A DNA stretch of 64,000 bases from Vicinamibacterales bacterium (GTDB lineage Bacteria > Acidobacteriota > Vicinamibacteria > Vicinamibacterales > CAVVIG01). Shown here piece after piece: positions 1 through 9,956 of this stretch (positions within the stretch are counted from its first letter, which is position 1; every line of letters begins with the position of its first letter). The stretch is taken from contig CBDANZ010000002.1 of the NCBI GenBank assembly GCA_965197865.1, positions 72,758-136,757 on the forward strand, given 5' to 3'. The notes beneath the pieces were generated by a model that was not told the DNA's origin, made no database searches, and worked only from the letters and a program-made list of their open reading frames with translations. The translations under genes were made by a program, and so were the position numbers.

Positions 1-986
1 TTCGAGCTGGCGATCGCCAATGCCCGGTGGCGCGTGTGGTCGCGCCAGCGACTCAACCGCGCACGGTTCGCCCGCTTTCTCGCGCAGACGCCGCCGACCC
101 ATGTGGTGATGGAGGCGTGTGGCACCGCCCACTACTGGGGGCGGGTCGCCCAGCAACACGGCCATCGCGTCACCCTCGTGCCCCCGGCGTACGTGCGGCC
201 CTACGTGCGGCGCAACAAGACGGACCGGGCGGATGCGGAGGCGATCCGCGAGGCGAGATACCCCGTGTCCCGGTGAAGCGGGTCGAGCAGCAAGCGCTCG
301 TGGCGCTGCACCGGGTGCGCGAGCAGTGGATGACGACGCGGACGGCGCGCATCAATGTGTTACGCGGGCTCTTGCGGGAACAGGGGCTGCTGCTGCCGGC
401 GGGGGCCTGTGCGGCGCTGCGGGCCTTGCCTGTGCTGCTCGACGAGGCGGCCACCGTGTTGCCGAGGCATCTGCGGCAGGTGCTCACGAGCGTCCACGAG
501 GAAGTGCGGGCGATTGAGGCTCGGATTGCCGGCCTGGAACGGGAATTGCGCGCCCTGGCCGACGCCGACCCCGTCGTGATGCGACTGCGGACGATTCCCG
601 GGATTGGGCTGTTGACCGCCACGGCCCTCGTCGGCACCGTCGGGCACATCCACGCATTCCGGCGCGCGCGCCAGTTTGCCAGCTGGCTCGGCCTGACGCC
701 GCGCGAGTACTCGAGTGGGCAGCGGCGGCGCCTCGGGGGGATCAGTAAACGCGGGGACGTGTATCTCCGGTGCTTACTCACCCACGGCGCGCGCGCGGTG
801 CTCGCGTCGGCCCACCGGCGCCGGGCGGCCCAGCAGCCCCTCACGCGTCTGCACCACTGGGCGATGACGGTGCACGCACGGCGCGGCTACAACAAAGCCA
901 CGATTGCCGTGGCGAACAAACTCGGCCGACTCGTTTGGGCGGTTTGGCACAAGGATGTGCCCTGCGCACTGCCGGACGCGGCGTAA
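1..986 (+). pseudogene. DEDD (IS110-type) transposase, frameshifted by a 13-nt deletion
   Basis: The N-terminal part is in the frame of ORF 34..276 and the rest in the frame of ORF 27..986. Copy 2 reads GCGATCCGCGAGGCG-ATCCGGTCGGGCG-AGATACCCC; copy 1 lacks ATCCGGTCGGGCG at about 255/256, between GGCG direct repeats. Confidence 0.85.
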
Positions 987-1238
987 CCCGAGCTACACCT
1001 CCACGCGAGATGCTGAGCGAGTGACCCTGACATGGCCCTTCGGTCCGACCGACACCGCATCAGGCCGATAGCAGCCCTGGCGCTCGACGCCGGCACCACG
1101 ATTGGCCCGCGGTGCGCGACTATCCATGTTGGCCAGGAGGCAAAGGCTCTCCACGGACAGGCCGGATATACGACCGCAACCGACGCGAAGGACCGACCGT
1201 CACGACCCACTCGCTTGATCACCGGGAGGAGTCCATAT
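987..1238 (+). ncRNA. Hypothetical bridge/guide RNA region in the long non-coding right end of the IS1111-like element
   Basis: 252 nt of non-coding DNA lies 3' of the transposase, against only 88 nt 5' of it. It contains CACCACG (1094..1100) and CCACGGAC (1151..1158), which span the insertion point of the target bottom strand GACTTTCACC|ACGGACTG. No structure or expression evidence. Confidence 0.25.
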
Positions 1239-1250
1239 ACGGACTGCTAG
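1239..1250. repeat. Tip of an IS5-type terminal inverted repeat (ACGGACTG) plus CTAG, the target remnant next to IS1111-like copy 1
   Basis: The identical 12 nt flank the right end of copy 2 (36911..36922, reverse complement). Sequence beyond it is unrelated (gtgccgacc here, ggcatcgg at copy 2). Confidence 0.7.
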
Positions 1251-1431
1251 GTGCCGACCAAGCGCCTACGCGGGCTGCTCTGGACCATCGATGTCGAAGA
1301 GACCGGTGCGATAACAACGGGTCGCAGCTGTGGCCCTCAAGACATCACGTAAGCTATTCATCTGCATAGACTTATTTCGATTCTCTCCGCTGGGATCGTG
1401 GGGTGATCTCAGGGAAGAATTGACCATATGG

Positions 1432-1600
1432 CTACGTATCCGTTTGCCTGCGAGCCCCGAAGAGGTGCCGGCTCAGATGGCTCTCGGCCAACAAGAGCCA
1501 GTAGTACCGCGCATGCTTGACCCAGGCGCCCACCGGTCTCGACGAGGCGTTGTTGCAGACTGGGGAATGCTCGACCAGATTAGGCGAGATCTGGCTAATT
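1432..1600 (-). pseudogene. DDE transposase (IS4/IS1380-type) C-terminal remnant, frameshifted
   Basis: Minus-strand frames give FPSLQQRLVETGGRL, then after a shift HARYYWLLLAESHLSRHLFGA followed by a stop. This resembles the conserved C-terminal tail of IS4/IS1380-type transposases. Confidence 0.35.
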
Positions 1601-1839
1601 TCGAAAGGCTCATTTTCCTAGGTTTCCCCAAAGAGATCGGGTCCACGGTCGATTTCAGGCACCACCAAAACCCTTCCCCTCGAAGCGGCTGGGCGTGCAG
1701 GACCAGTGCCGATGTAGTAAATCGTGGTCCGAAGAAGAGTGCCGGTCACCCGTTGGCGCTCTCGGCCCCGCGGAAGCTGTCCGAGCACCTTAACTGAGCG
1801 GGTCGAGTCGATTTCCGACCTCCGCCGGGAAGCCCGCCG

Positions 1840-2217
1840 GTGCGCGGCCGGCTCTGGACACAGAATCCGCAGCGGTTGCGGGAAGTACTAGCCCGTGCGT
1901 GCGCGGCACGAAAGGATCGCAAGTCCGGCCGGGTTCTCCGGGCGGCGATTCCCCATCTTAGCCCTCACGCGCTGCGACACACGTTCGGGTGGCGCTGGCT
2001 GAAGGGCGGGGGCGACATCTACACGTTCTGCAAGATCCTGGGACATGCCAGCGTGGCGGTGACGGAGAAGCATTACGCCCACCTGCTGCAAGAGGACATC
2101 CGTGCCAAGGCGGACGCTGTCGATCTCGGGCTCGGGTTGCCGGCGGTCCGCCCCCAGAAAGCGGGCCGGGTTCTCGGCTGGAAGCAGAGACGCACGGGAA
2201 CCAGCGACCGCCTGTGA
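1840..2217 (+). pseudogene. Tyrosine recombinase (phage-type integrase) C-terminal remnant
   Basis: HALRHTFGWRWLKGGGDIYTFCKILGHASVAVTEKHYAHL carries the HxxR...H...Y catalytic-box pattern. Only about 125 aa remain. An upstream out-of-frame piece (ISGTTKT near 1655) suggests further decay. It abuts the 3' end of tRNA-Pro. Confidence 0.7.
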
Positions 2218-2257
2218 TCCCTTCTGTGATCCCGTTTGTGGTCAACCGTGGTCAACC
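2212..2257. repeat. Two short direct-repeat pairs between the integrase remnant and tRNA-Pro
   Basis: CTGTGATCCC occurs at 2212..2221 and 2224..2233. GTGGTCAACC occurs in exact tandem at 2238..2247 and 2248..2257. Confidence 0.6.
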
Positions 2258-2300
2258 ATAGGGGCGGCCGATGCGGGATTTGCCGAGGAAAATCTAGTAA

Positions 2301-2377
2301 TGGTCGGGGCGACTGGATTCGAACCAGCGACCCCCTGCGCCCAAGGCAGGTGCGCTACCAGGCTGCGCTACGCCCCG
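2301..2377 (-). tRNA. tRNA-Pro (anticodon UGG)
   Basis: Reverse complement is CGGGGCGTAGCGCAGCCTGGTAGCGCACCTGCCTTGGGCGCAGGGGGTCGCTGGTTCGAATCCAGTCGCCCCGACCA. It has a 7-bp acceptor stem, anticodon loop CTTGGGC, a GTTCGAATC T-loop and an encoded CCA. Confidence 0.95.
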
Positions 2378-2410
2378 ACTGGACCGATCTTATCATTCGC
2401 AACTTGACGA

Positions 2411-2438
2411 CCGGGGCAGGTCTAAAGACCAGCGCTAC
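2411..2438 (-). repeat. REP-like hairpin with GTAG head
   Basis: The minus strand reads GTAGCGCTGGTCTTTAGACCTGCCCCGG. It closely matches 29251..29274 (GCGCAGGTCTTCAGACCTGCCCGG) and overlaps the hydrolase TAG stop. Confidence 0.6.
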
Positions 2439-3253
2439 TGCTGCTCTCGAAGGCCTTTGACGAACGCATTGACGGCCGGCCAATACGTGTTCGGGTTGGA
2501 CGGAGACGCGTCGTTGTGACCGCCGCCTCGAATCGCGACGAACTGCTTGGGCCCGTCGATCTGTGCGAACAGTCTGCGACCATGCTCGAAGGAAACCACG
2601 CGGTCGGCATCGCCATGCATCACGAGCGAGGGAACCCTCACCCGCCGCAGAAACTCAATGGTCGAAAACCGGTACGTGGAGAACAGCGCGAGGAAGGCCA
2701 TCGGCGGCGACGCGCGCAGAAGCGATCGCGCGTCGGGAAAGCCGGATTCAAGAATCAAGCCGTCGGGCGGCTCTTTAGAGGCCGCGTAGGCCGCCATCGT
2801 GGCGCCAAGAGACCGCCCCCAGTACACGACAGTGATGTCCCGCTTCGGGATCTTCCGCATGTGATCGAGCACGCCGTCCACATCGCGATACAGGCCGCGC
2901 TCGGATGGCCGCCCCGTGCTGAGGCCGTAGCCGCGGTAGTCGAAGGCGAGCACGAAGTACCGCTGCTCGGCGAGCCTGGCGAGAATCGGTGCCCAGTTCG
3001 ACAGATTTCCCCCGTTGCCGTGAAAGTACACGATGAGCGCACGCGGCTCCCGAACCGGGAGCATCCATCCGAGCAGCCGCTCGCCATCACGGGTCGAGAT
3101 TGTGAACGCCTCGTAGTCGAGGCCGAACTCGCGGGGCGTGGCGGTTTCGCCGGCCGTGGGAAAAAACGCCAGCCGCGGCTCAATGAGCCGGACAATGACG
3201 ATAAGCGCGGCAAGGACGAGGACGAGCGCGAGAAGCGCACGAAACGAAAACAT
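2435..3253 (-). CDS. Alpha/beta-fold hydrolase, membrane-anchored
   Basis: Start chosen at [21 protein letters not shown] (a TM/signal segment). Motifs HGNGGN, GRSLG (GxSxG nucleophile elbow) and HGDAD are present. The upstream part of ORF 2435..3469 has antisense-like composition. Confidence 0.8.
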   Translation of the reverse strand: MFSFRALLALVLVLAALIVIVRLIEPRLAFFPTAGETATPREFGLDYEAFTISTRDGERLLGWMLPVREPRALIVYFHGNGGNLSNWAPILARLAEQRYFVLAFDYRGYGLSTGRPSERGLYRDVDGVLDHMRKIPKRDITVVYWGRSLGATMAAYAASKEPPDGLILESGFPDARSLLRASPPMAFLALFSTYRFSTIEFLRRVRVPSLVMHGDADRVVSFEHGRRLFAQIDGPKQFVAIRGGGHNDASPSNPNTYWPAVNAFVKGLREQQ

Positions 3254-3338
3254 CGCGCTCACGAGATTTGCAGATTGCAAAGCGTTGATTGCAGAGTCAG
3301 TGATGGATCTGAAATCTGCAATCTTCCTGCGCGATCCA

Positions 3339-6300
3339 TTACTGTTTCTTCGCGAGTGATCGGTAGTACTCCTCGATCGCCTGGCGAAAACTGGCGGGAA
3401 TCTCGTCGGAGCCCGACAGCGTGGGCGGCTGGTCAACGCCGTTGACGTTCTTGCGCAGGCCGAACTCAAAGGCCTTCATCCTCTCGAGCGCCGAGGCCTG
3501 CAGCGCCGCCAGCGATCGCGGATCGACGAACGCCTGATCGGTGTCGAACTGGCGAAGATCGCGGAGAATCGCGTCGAGCTCGCGGGGATCGATGCCGGCG
3601 TCCAGGAGATCCCGCCTGAGCGCCTTCACGTCCCCCCGCCACTCCCTGAAATCGCGCCGGAACCGCCGCACATCGTCCGGGCCCCAGAAGCCCCATGAGC
3701 GAGCGTCGCCGGTCCGGCCGCCGCCGTACGGACCGCCGAAGTAGACGCCGCCGGTCGCGCCGCCACCGGCGGCCGAGTGCGAGTCGGCCTGCTGCCCGCC
3801 TTGGCCTTGTTGCTGCCCCCCTTGACCTTGCTGGCCGCGCAGCCGCTGCTGGTTCTGCTGCGCGCGATCGCGCATCCGCTGGCCCAGCGACTCGAGCCCG
3901 CGCACGGCGTCCCTCGTCTCGTCGACGGCGCGCCCGAGCGCGTTTTCCTTCGTCGCCTGACCGAGTGCTGCCTGTGCGTCGGTAATTTTCTGGCGCAAAC
4001 CATCGAGGTTGGTGCCAATCTGCGCTTCGATCGATTGCGCGTAGTCGCTGCCCATGGCGGTTCGCAGCGCTCTTCGCGTATACCGAATCATCTCGCGGAT
4101 GCGCTTGTCGGTGATGCTGCCGGCCGCTTCGTCCAGCTTGCGGGCGGCCGCGCGATCGTTCTGGCTCCGCGCTTCGTTGGCGACCTCCTCGAGCTGGCTC
4201 TGGAGGCCGGCGACCTCAGCGTCCATGGCGTCCTTGCGCTCGGCGATCGCCTGCGCCCGGTCGGGACGCGCGGCCGCCGGCTGTTGTTCGAGCGCATCCA
4301 CTTCGGAAGCGACCTGCCGCTGCTCGTCTACCAGCTCCTCGGCGCGGCGGAGCGCCTCCTGCACGTCGCGCTCGGCGCGGCCGGTCTGATTCTGCTGAAG
4401 TCGTCGCTGCGCCTCTCGAAGGCGGCCGAGCGCGGCCCGCGCCTGGGCGCCGCCGTCACGGCCGTTGGCGGCGGCCGCCTGCCGCATCGCGTTGACCGCT
4501 TCCTGTAGCTGCCTTGTTGCGTCGGTCAGGTTGTGCCGCCGCTCCTCACGCGTCAACTGCTGAAGTCGCCTGACGGCCTCTTCCACTTCCTGCGCCAACT
4601 GCCGCTGCAGATCGCCGCCGCCCGACGCACTGGAACTGGACGCCGCAAGCCGGCGCTGCCGCTCGGCTTCCTGCTGCTGCCGTCGCGCGAGCTCCTTCAA
4701 CCTCTCGACCAGCTCGTCGACCTTCCGGTCGGCGCCTTGCATGTCGGCGCGCTGCTGCATCTCGTACTGGTTGGTCAGCTTGTCGAGCTCGAGCTCGAAC
4801 AGGTCGGCAAGGTCGTTGGCCAACTGGTTCTGACGGCCCCCGCCCCCGCCGCGCTGCGCCTGCACTTGCAGCTCGTACTGCTGCTCGGCCACTTGCAGGA
4901 GCTTCAGCGCGCGCTGCTCGGGGGACAGCGCTTCTTTCGGGTTCTGGACCTTGAGGTCCGCTTCGGCGGACTTCATTTCGGCGGCCGCCTTCGGCAGCGC
5001 CTCGGCAATCGACTTGAACGCCGGGTCGACGACGTCGAGCCGGCTGTTCATCTTCTCGCTGAGCTCCTCCACCTGCTCGCGGAGCCGCGCCTGCGCGAGC
5101 GTGAGGAACACGGTGTTCTCGCGGAACTTGTCGGCCGACATCTTCGGGCGGTCGCGGACCGTGTTGAACGTGGCCGCCACAATCTCGCGCTGCTGCCAGG
5201 AGAGCTGACCCACCGCGCCGCCCCCGCCCCCTCCACCGGCCGAGGGCGCCGGCTTGAAGTCGGTGCGGAATGGTCGAATCTGGACGAAATAGATGTCGCT
5301 CGTCGTCGTCTTCGAACCCTGGACCGCGTCGTTATCCGAGGCCTTCGCGTAGTACGACACAAAGTCGCCGGGCTTCAGCCCGAGCTCCTCGAGGTACAAC
5401 GTGTGGCTCGCGGTCACTTCGGGCAGAGCCTTCGATCCGCCGAACAAGTGCACGGTCTTTTCGCTGTCGCCGTTCACCGAATAGAACAGTTGAACCTGCT
5501 TGACGCCAAAGTCGTCGTCGGCTCGCACCTCGGCGAACACTTCCTCGACTGCCGTGGCTCGCGTGTCGCGACCAGGCTTCGAGAACGCCACAGACGGCGT
5601 CTGATCGGTTAGCACGTCGATCGTGTATTGCGGCGAGGCATTCACCTTCTCGGCTTGCGGGCCCTCGAGCTTGATGCGGTAGAATCCCTGACCGCCGACC
5701 TTGAAGGCGCCCGTGAGCGTGCCGTCTGCCTGCTTCGTCAGCGCCGCCGATCCGGCCTGGTTGAGCAGCACGCTGCCGGCCGGTGTGGCCATCGTCGGCG
5801 TGACCTTGACGTGTACTTCCGTGCCCTTGATGACGGCGATGTCGCCACCAGGATCGATCGTGCGCGGTTCCAGGCCGGTGTAGGCCGGGAAGTGGTACTG
5901 GAGCACGAGCTTCTTGACGGTCGGCAGATCCATCACCGTCAGCGAGAAGGTCGGCGACTTCACGCCGTTGGACTCGACGTAGTACTCGGTCTGCTTCTCG
6001 ACGTGAAATAGGACGCCTTGGAACGAAGTCGGGTCGGCGCCAGGAGCGAGCGGCGCGCGCTCGAACGGTGTGTCCGGCGCGGAGCGGAACATCAGGTTGG
6101 CCTCGCCTGCGGTGAATCCGAAGAGTTCGGCTTTCACCTCCTGATCGGAGTCGCGCGGGATCTTCGCGTGGCCTGGCTGCACCTTGATCAAGTACGGGAT
6201 CGCCTCTACGGCGCTTCGCGAGACGATGAGCAGCGCCGAAAGGCCATGGCGCAGGTACGCAGGGCCAAGCGTGACGAGCAGCGCCGCCACTGTCGCGAGG

Positions 6301-6800
6301 CCCGCCAGCGTGTAGGCGTGGCGTCGGAGCTTTGGCCGCTCGACGGCAAGCCCGTCCTCGATGGCGCCGCAGCGCTCGAGGGCCTGCTCGATAAGGCGCT
6401 CGACGAGCCTGGGCGACGGACCGGTTTCCGGCGCCCCTTCGGTTATCGATGAAGACGATTCGACCGCGCTGAGGATGGCGGCCTGAAGCGACGGGTCAGA
6501 TTCCTCGAGATACAGGGCAACCTGGCTGTCGGTGACGCGCCGCCGCAGCGGACGAACGAACCCCTCATAGGCCAGTAGGCCAAAGATAATGAGGGCTGCG
6601 ATGCGGAACGAGACAATGGCCGCGGGACTGAAACGAAGGGCTTCCAGGCTCGACGCCGACAGAAGCAGGACCAAGAGCGTGCCCCCGACCACGATCACAG
6701 TGCCCCGCAGCACCAGCTTCAGCCGCCAGCGGTTCCTGACACGGCGAATAACATCGACCAGCTCAAGACGACGGTCGGAGCCACGGAATCCGTCAGCCAT
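3339..6800 (-). CDS. Giant membrane protein, DUF4175-like (N-terminal TM segments, beta-rich middle, long Arg/Gln/Ala coiled coil, Gly/Gln-rich tail)
   Basis: Start chosen at MADGFRGSDRRLELVDVIRRVRNRWRLKLVL. A poly-Gly tract (AGGGGGGGAV) is followed by about 450 aa of heptad-like QQ/RR/EA sequence and GQQGQGGQQQGQGGQQ. It sits at the distal end of the MoxR/DUF58/BatA run. Confidence 0.75.
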   Translation of the reverse strand: MADGFRGSDRRLELVDVIRRVRNRWRLKLVLRGTVIVVGGTLLVLLLSASSLEALRFSPAAIVSFRIAALIIFGLLAYEGFVRPLRRRVTDSQVALYLEESDPSLQAAILSAVESSSSITEGAPETGPSPRLVERLIEQALERCGAIEDGLAVERPKLRRHAYTLAGLATVAALLVTLGPAYLRHGLSALLIVSRSAVEAIPYLIKVQPGHAKIPRDSDQEVKAELFGFTAGEANLMFRSAPDTPFERAPLAPGADPTSFQGVLFHVEKQTEYYVESNGVKSPTFSLTVMDLPTVKKLVLQYHFPAYTGLEPRTIDPGGDIAVIKGTEVHVKVTPTMATPAGSVLLNQAGSAALTKQADGTLTGAFKVGGQGFYRIKLEGPQAEKVNASPQYTIDVLTDQTPSVAFSKPGRDTRATAVEEVFAEVRADDDFGVKQVQLFYSVNGDSEKTVHLFGGSKALPEVTASHTLYLEELGLKPGDFVSYYAKASDNDAVQGSKTTTSDIYFVQIRPFRTDFKPAPSAGGGGGGGAVGQLSWQQREIVAATFNTVRDRPKMSADKFRENTVFLTLAQARLREQVEELSEKMNSRLDVVDPAFKSIAEALPKAAAEMKSAEADLKVQNPKEALSPEQRALKLLQVAEQQYELQVQAQRGGGGGRQNQLANDLADLFELELDKLTNQYEMQQRADMQGADRKVDELVERLKELARRQQQEAERQRRLAASSSSASGGGDLQRQLAQEVEEAVRRLQQLTREERRHNLTDATRQLQEAVNAMRQAAAANGRDGGAQARAALGRLREAQRRLQQNQTGRAERDVQEALRRAEELVDEQRQVASEVDALEQQPAAARPDRAQAIAERKDAMDAEVAGLQSQLEEVANEARSQNDRAAARKLDEAAGSITDKRIREMIRYTRRALRTAMGSDYAQSIEAQIGTNLDGLRQKITDAQAALGQATKENALGRAVDETRDAVRGLESLGQRMRDRAQQNQQRLRGQQGQGGQQQGQGGQQADSHSAAGGGATGGVYFGGPYGGGRTGDARSWGFWGPDDVRRFRRDFREWRGDVKALRRDLLDAGIDPRELDAILRDLRQFDTDQAFVDPRSLAALQASALERMKAFEFGLRKNVNGVDQPPTLSGSDEIPASFRQAIEEYYRSLAKKQ

Positions 6801-6865
6801 GTTGGGTCTTTTCCCTACACTAATTAATTGAGGATACACCGAGGCCAGAAATAGGGAAGGGAAGA

Positions 6866-8923
6866 CTACAAGAATCGCTCTTTTCGCGACAGTTGATTGG
6901 CGACAACGGTCTCCGCCGCCAGCAGCCCCATGCCCGCGAGCAGCAGGTACCACCAAAGGCCCTGCTGGCGTTCCTCATCCTGGGGCGCGACTTCGGCCGG
7001 CGCCTGGGCCTGGGGAGCACTGCCCGCGGCGGGCGTGGCGCGGCCGGTGACGGCCGCCACGAGCTCGCGGGGATCCAGCGGGGTAAGATCCGATTCGGTC
7101 GGGTCGAGGTTGACGACCAACCGATCGGCGCGTTCCCTTCGGCCCGTGGCCACTCGAATCTCGTAGACGCCCTGTTCGTCGAGCTCGAGCACGCCCGGGT
7201 CGCTCGAGGAAATGGTTACCCGCTCCCCGCTGGGCGTGATGACCACACGGTCGGCGCGGCCGTTGAGCGTCGCTGACAGATCCACTACCTGACCGACGGT
7301 GAGCCACGACGTCGGTTGCTGGTATCGCGCTAGATACTTCACGAGCTGGTGCACCAGCGGCAGGTACACCGGGCGCCTCGGGAGATCATTCCACCGGTCG
7401 TCGAGCGTCGTGGTCCACGCGATCACGCGCCCGGCGCCGACGCGCCGCTCCACCGCCGCGAGCGCGCCATCGTCGAACCGCGCCAGCACGCGATGGGCGG
7501 GATCCGCCTGCAGCGCGCGGTAGCGAAAGATTCGCACGGCCGAGAAGTCGCCGCTGCGCGGCGCCTTGAAGATCTCAAACACCGGGTGGCTGTAATCGAG
7601 GTACCCAAGCGTCGCCCCTCGGCCGTCCGCTCGATCGACGATCGTGTGGAGGTTTCCCGGCAGCAGGGCCGTTTCGGTATTCGGCCAGACGCTGTACTCG
7701 CCCAGCGCGACGAGCAGGCCGCCGCCTCGCTCGACGAACCGCTTCAGAACGTTCCCCGCGATGCTGGGCGGAACCGCAGCGTTGTTGATAACGACCACTT
7801 CGCGTCGTTCGAGCATGGCGGAGGTCACCCGTCCGGCCGGAGCGAGCTCGACGTCGAACGCGGGCGTGTTGCCGATCGACAGCGCTCGGGCGAGATAGAA
7901 GCTCGAGCTCGGGGCGTTGCCGCTGTCGATGACGAGCACCGAGAGGGGCCGGCTCGGCGTGAGTACGAAGTAGAACGCGTTGTCGGCGGCGAGGGGGTCG
8001 GAACCGGCGCGAACGATGCCGCGGACGGCCGGCTCCGCGAGCGTAAACGGCGCGAAGGTTACCGACGCTGACGCGTTGCCGGCGACACCGACCGGCAGCG
8101 TTTCGAGCTCCCGGCCTTCGATTTCGAGCGTGACCGGGACACTGCCGAGGGCGGTTGCGCTCCGGTTCGTAATACTGGCCGTCAGCGTGATGCGCTCTTG
8201 TCCCGAGAACTCGGAGCGCGCGAAGGCAACCAAAGGGACTGAGAGGTTGGCGACCTCGTCAGACCCGATCGGCACCGGGGTTACCGTCACGGTCTCGTCG
8301 AAACTGATATCCTCGGCGCCGGTCCACCCGGACTTCTGGAAGTCGGAGATGAGAAGCACCTCGCGCCGCGGCCGGGCCGAGCGCGCGAGGATGCTTTCGG
8401 CCAGCTTCAGCGCCGGGCCGAAGCGGGTGCCGTCGGAGGTGACGCGCGCGGCGCCGAGGGCTGCTTCGAGCTGCCCGCGATCGGAGGTGGCGCGGATGGT
8501 CTCTTCGGCGTTGCGCCCGAAGAAGACGAGCGTCGCGCGATCGCTCGCGCCGATCGATCCGATGGCGTTCTGCGCGGCCAGCGTGGCGCGACTCCAGCGA
8601 TCGCCGTAGCCCATGCTCGCCGAGCGATCGAGTAGGATGACGACCTCACGATTGCCGCCCGCTGCTGCCACCGCGGCGGCGCCGCCCAGGAAGAACGGCC
8701 GCGCGAACGCGGCGACCAGCAGGACGATGGCCGCCGCGCGCATCAAGAGCAGGAACCAGTGTCGAAGGCGGCGCCGGCGCACCGACTGGTAGGGAATCCG
8801 CTGCAGGAACATCAGCGACGGGAACTCGACGACGCGCTTGCGCTCGCGCTGGATCAAGTGCACGAGGATCGGAATGACGATCGCGCCTAGACCGAGGAAG
8901 AATAGCGGACTGAGAAAGGACAT
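6866..8923 (-). CDS. BatA-like protein (N-terminal double-TM aerotolerance-regulator domain plus VWA-like region)
   Basis: MSFLSPLFFLGLGAIVIPILVHLIQRERKRVVEFPSLMFL is the typical BatA N-terminus. The VILLDRSASMGY motif is MIDAS-like. Its start overlaps the DUF58 stop. Confidence 0.8.
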   Translation of the reverse strand: MSFLSPLFFLGLGAIVIPILVHLIQRERKRVVEFPSLMFLQRIPYQSVRRRRLRHWFLLLMRAAAIVLLVAAFARPFFLGGAAAVAAAGGNREVVILLDRSASMGYGDRWSRATLAAQNAIGSIGASDRATLVFFGRNAEETIRATSDRGQLEAALGAARVTSDGTRFGPALKLAESILARSARPRREVLLISDFQKSGWTGAEDISFDETVTVTPVPIGSDEVANLSVPLVAFARSEFSGQERITLTASITNRSATALGSVPVTLEIEGRELETLPVGVAGNASASVTFAPFTLAEPAVRGIVRAGSDPLAADNAFYFVLTPSRPLSVLVIDSGNAPSSSFYLARALSIGNTPAFDVELAPAGRVTSAMLERREVVVINNAAVPPSIAGNVLKRFVERGGGLLVALGEYSVWPNTETALLPGNLHTIVDRADGRGATLGYLDYSHPVFEIFKAPRSGDFSAVRIFRYRALQADPAHRVLARFDDGALAAVERRVGAGRVIAWTTTLDDRWNDLPRRPVYLPLVHQLVKYLARYQQPTSWLTVGQVVDLSATLNGRADRVVITPSGERVTISSSDPGVLELDEQGVYEIRVATGRRERADRLVVNLDPTESDLTPLDPRELVAAVTGRATPAAGSAPQAQAPAEVAPQDEERQQGLWWYLLLAGMGLLAAETVVANQLSRKERFL

Positions 8924-9840
8924 TATCGAACTCGCACCAGTTTCTCGCGGCTGGACAGGTAGCTGAACAGCGCGCGATCCAGCGGTTCGGACGTACTGAT
9001 GAGCGCGTAGCCGATGCGCTGTTCGGAAAACTTCGTGGTCAGCGTATTCACGTGCTCCTGAATCAACGCGCGGTACTGGTCCCTGAACGATTGCGGCACC
9101 ACCGGCACCTGCTCGCGGCTCTCGAGGTCCTCGAAGCTCGACGCATCATCGAACTCGAAGCCGATCTCCTTCGGATCGAGCACGTGGAACACGATCAGAT
9201 CGTTGCCGAGGTAGCGCAGCGGCTTGATGGCTTCCAGAATCTGGTCGGGCTCGTCGTAGAAATCAGAAATGAGCAGCAGAAGGCCCCGGTGCTTGAAGTG
9301 CTCCGCCATCTTCTGGAGCGGCTCGCTGAGACGCCCGCGCCGCTCCGCCTTCGCGCGGTCGAGCGTGTGCAGGACCATGTCGAAATGCTTCGCCGACGGC
9401 GGCACGTGCGTGACGATGTTCTCGTCGAAGGTGATGATGCCGACACGGTCGCGCTGGCGGTGCGCCAAATAAGCGAGGCACGCGGCAAGATACGACCCAT
9501 ACTCCAGCTTCGTCACACCGCGCGTCCCGAAGCCCATCGACCGCGACACGTCGAACAGCACCGTAAAGTTCGTGTTCGTGTCGGCTTCGTACTGCTTGAC
9601 GTAAAATCGGTCCGTGCGCGCGTACAAGCGCCAGTCCACCCGCCTGATGTCGTCGCCGGCCACGTAGCCCCGATGCTCGGCGAAGTCGATGGAGGCGCCG
9701 AAGAAGGGCGCGCGGTGCAAGCCGTTGATGAAGCCGTCGACGACGGTCCGGGCCAGTAGCTCGAGGTTGCCCACGCGCGCGAGGATCTTCGGATCGACGA
9801 ATCGCGCCCCGGCCATTTCCTGAGTCGGTGCGATAGTCAT
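8923..9840 (-). CDS. DUF58 family protein (VWA-like, MoxR partner)
   Basis: GASIDFAEHRGYVAGDDIRRVDWRLYARTDRFYVKQYEADTNTNFTVLFDVSRSMGF is the canonical DUF58 core. Confidence 0.85.
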   Translation of the reverse strand: MTIAPTQEMAGARFVDPKILARVGNLELLARTVVDGFINGLHRAPFFGASIDFAEHRGYVAGDDIRRVDWRLYARTDRFYVKQYEADTNTNFTVLFDVSRSMGFGTRGVTKLEYGSYLAACLAYLAHRQRDRVGIITFDENIVTHVPPSAKHFDMVLHTLDRAKAERRGRLSEPLQKMAEHFKHRGLLLLISDFYDEPDQILEAIKPLRYLGNDLIVFHVLDPKEIGFEFDDASSFEDLESREQVPVVPQSFRDQYRALIQEHVNTLTTKFSEQRIGYALISTSEPLDRALFSYLSSREKLVRVR

Positions 9841-9956
9841 TTGGTCTTTCGGCCTTTCAACCCCTCAGTCGTTCGATGCTCTCCGTTTCCGTTGGTGGTT
9901 CGTGTTCTGAGACCTTGAACACGAGGGGAGCACGAAGAACGCAGAACGTCGCGTTA

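Larger units (their letters stand above)
1..1238 (+). mobile_element. IS110-family (IS1111-like) insertion sequence, copy 1; left part cut by window edge
   Basis: Reverse-complement near-identical (a few SNPs plus one 13-nt indel) to the corresponding part of 36923..38303. The right terminus ...GGAGTCCATAT ends at 1238; the next 12 nt match copy 2's flank and similarity is lost after 1250. Confidence 0.85.

Noticed and set aside
4780-5260. Low-complexity Gly and Gln/Arg-rich stretches in the 1153-aa protein, plus the GQQGQGG tail near 3750..3830, considered as possible tandem DNA repeats or arrays.
   Set aside because: They lie in frame within one long ORF and have no spacer-repeat periodicity. 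They are protein low-complexity or coiled-coil sequence, not CRISPR or satellite DNA. No CRISPR array was seen anywhere in the window.
9899-9936. Nested hairpins (CGTGTTC...GAACACG within TTCGTG...CACGAA) between the MoxR and DUF58 genes, considered as an attenuator or riboswitch.
   Set aside because: They are short stems with no conserved riboswitch core that I recognise. They are probably an intercistronic stabiliser or processing hairpin and are mentioned only in the cluster finding.
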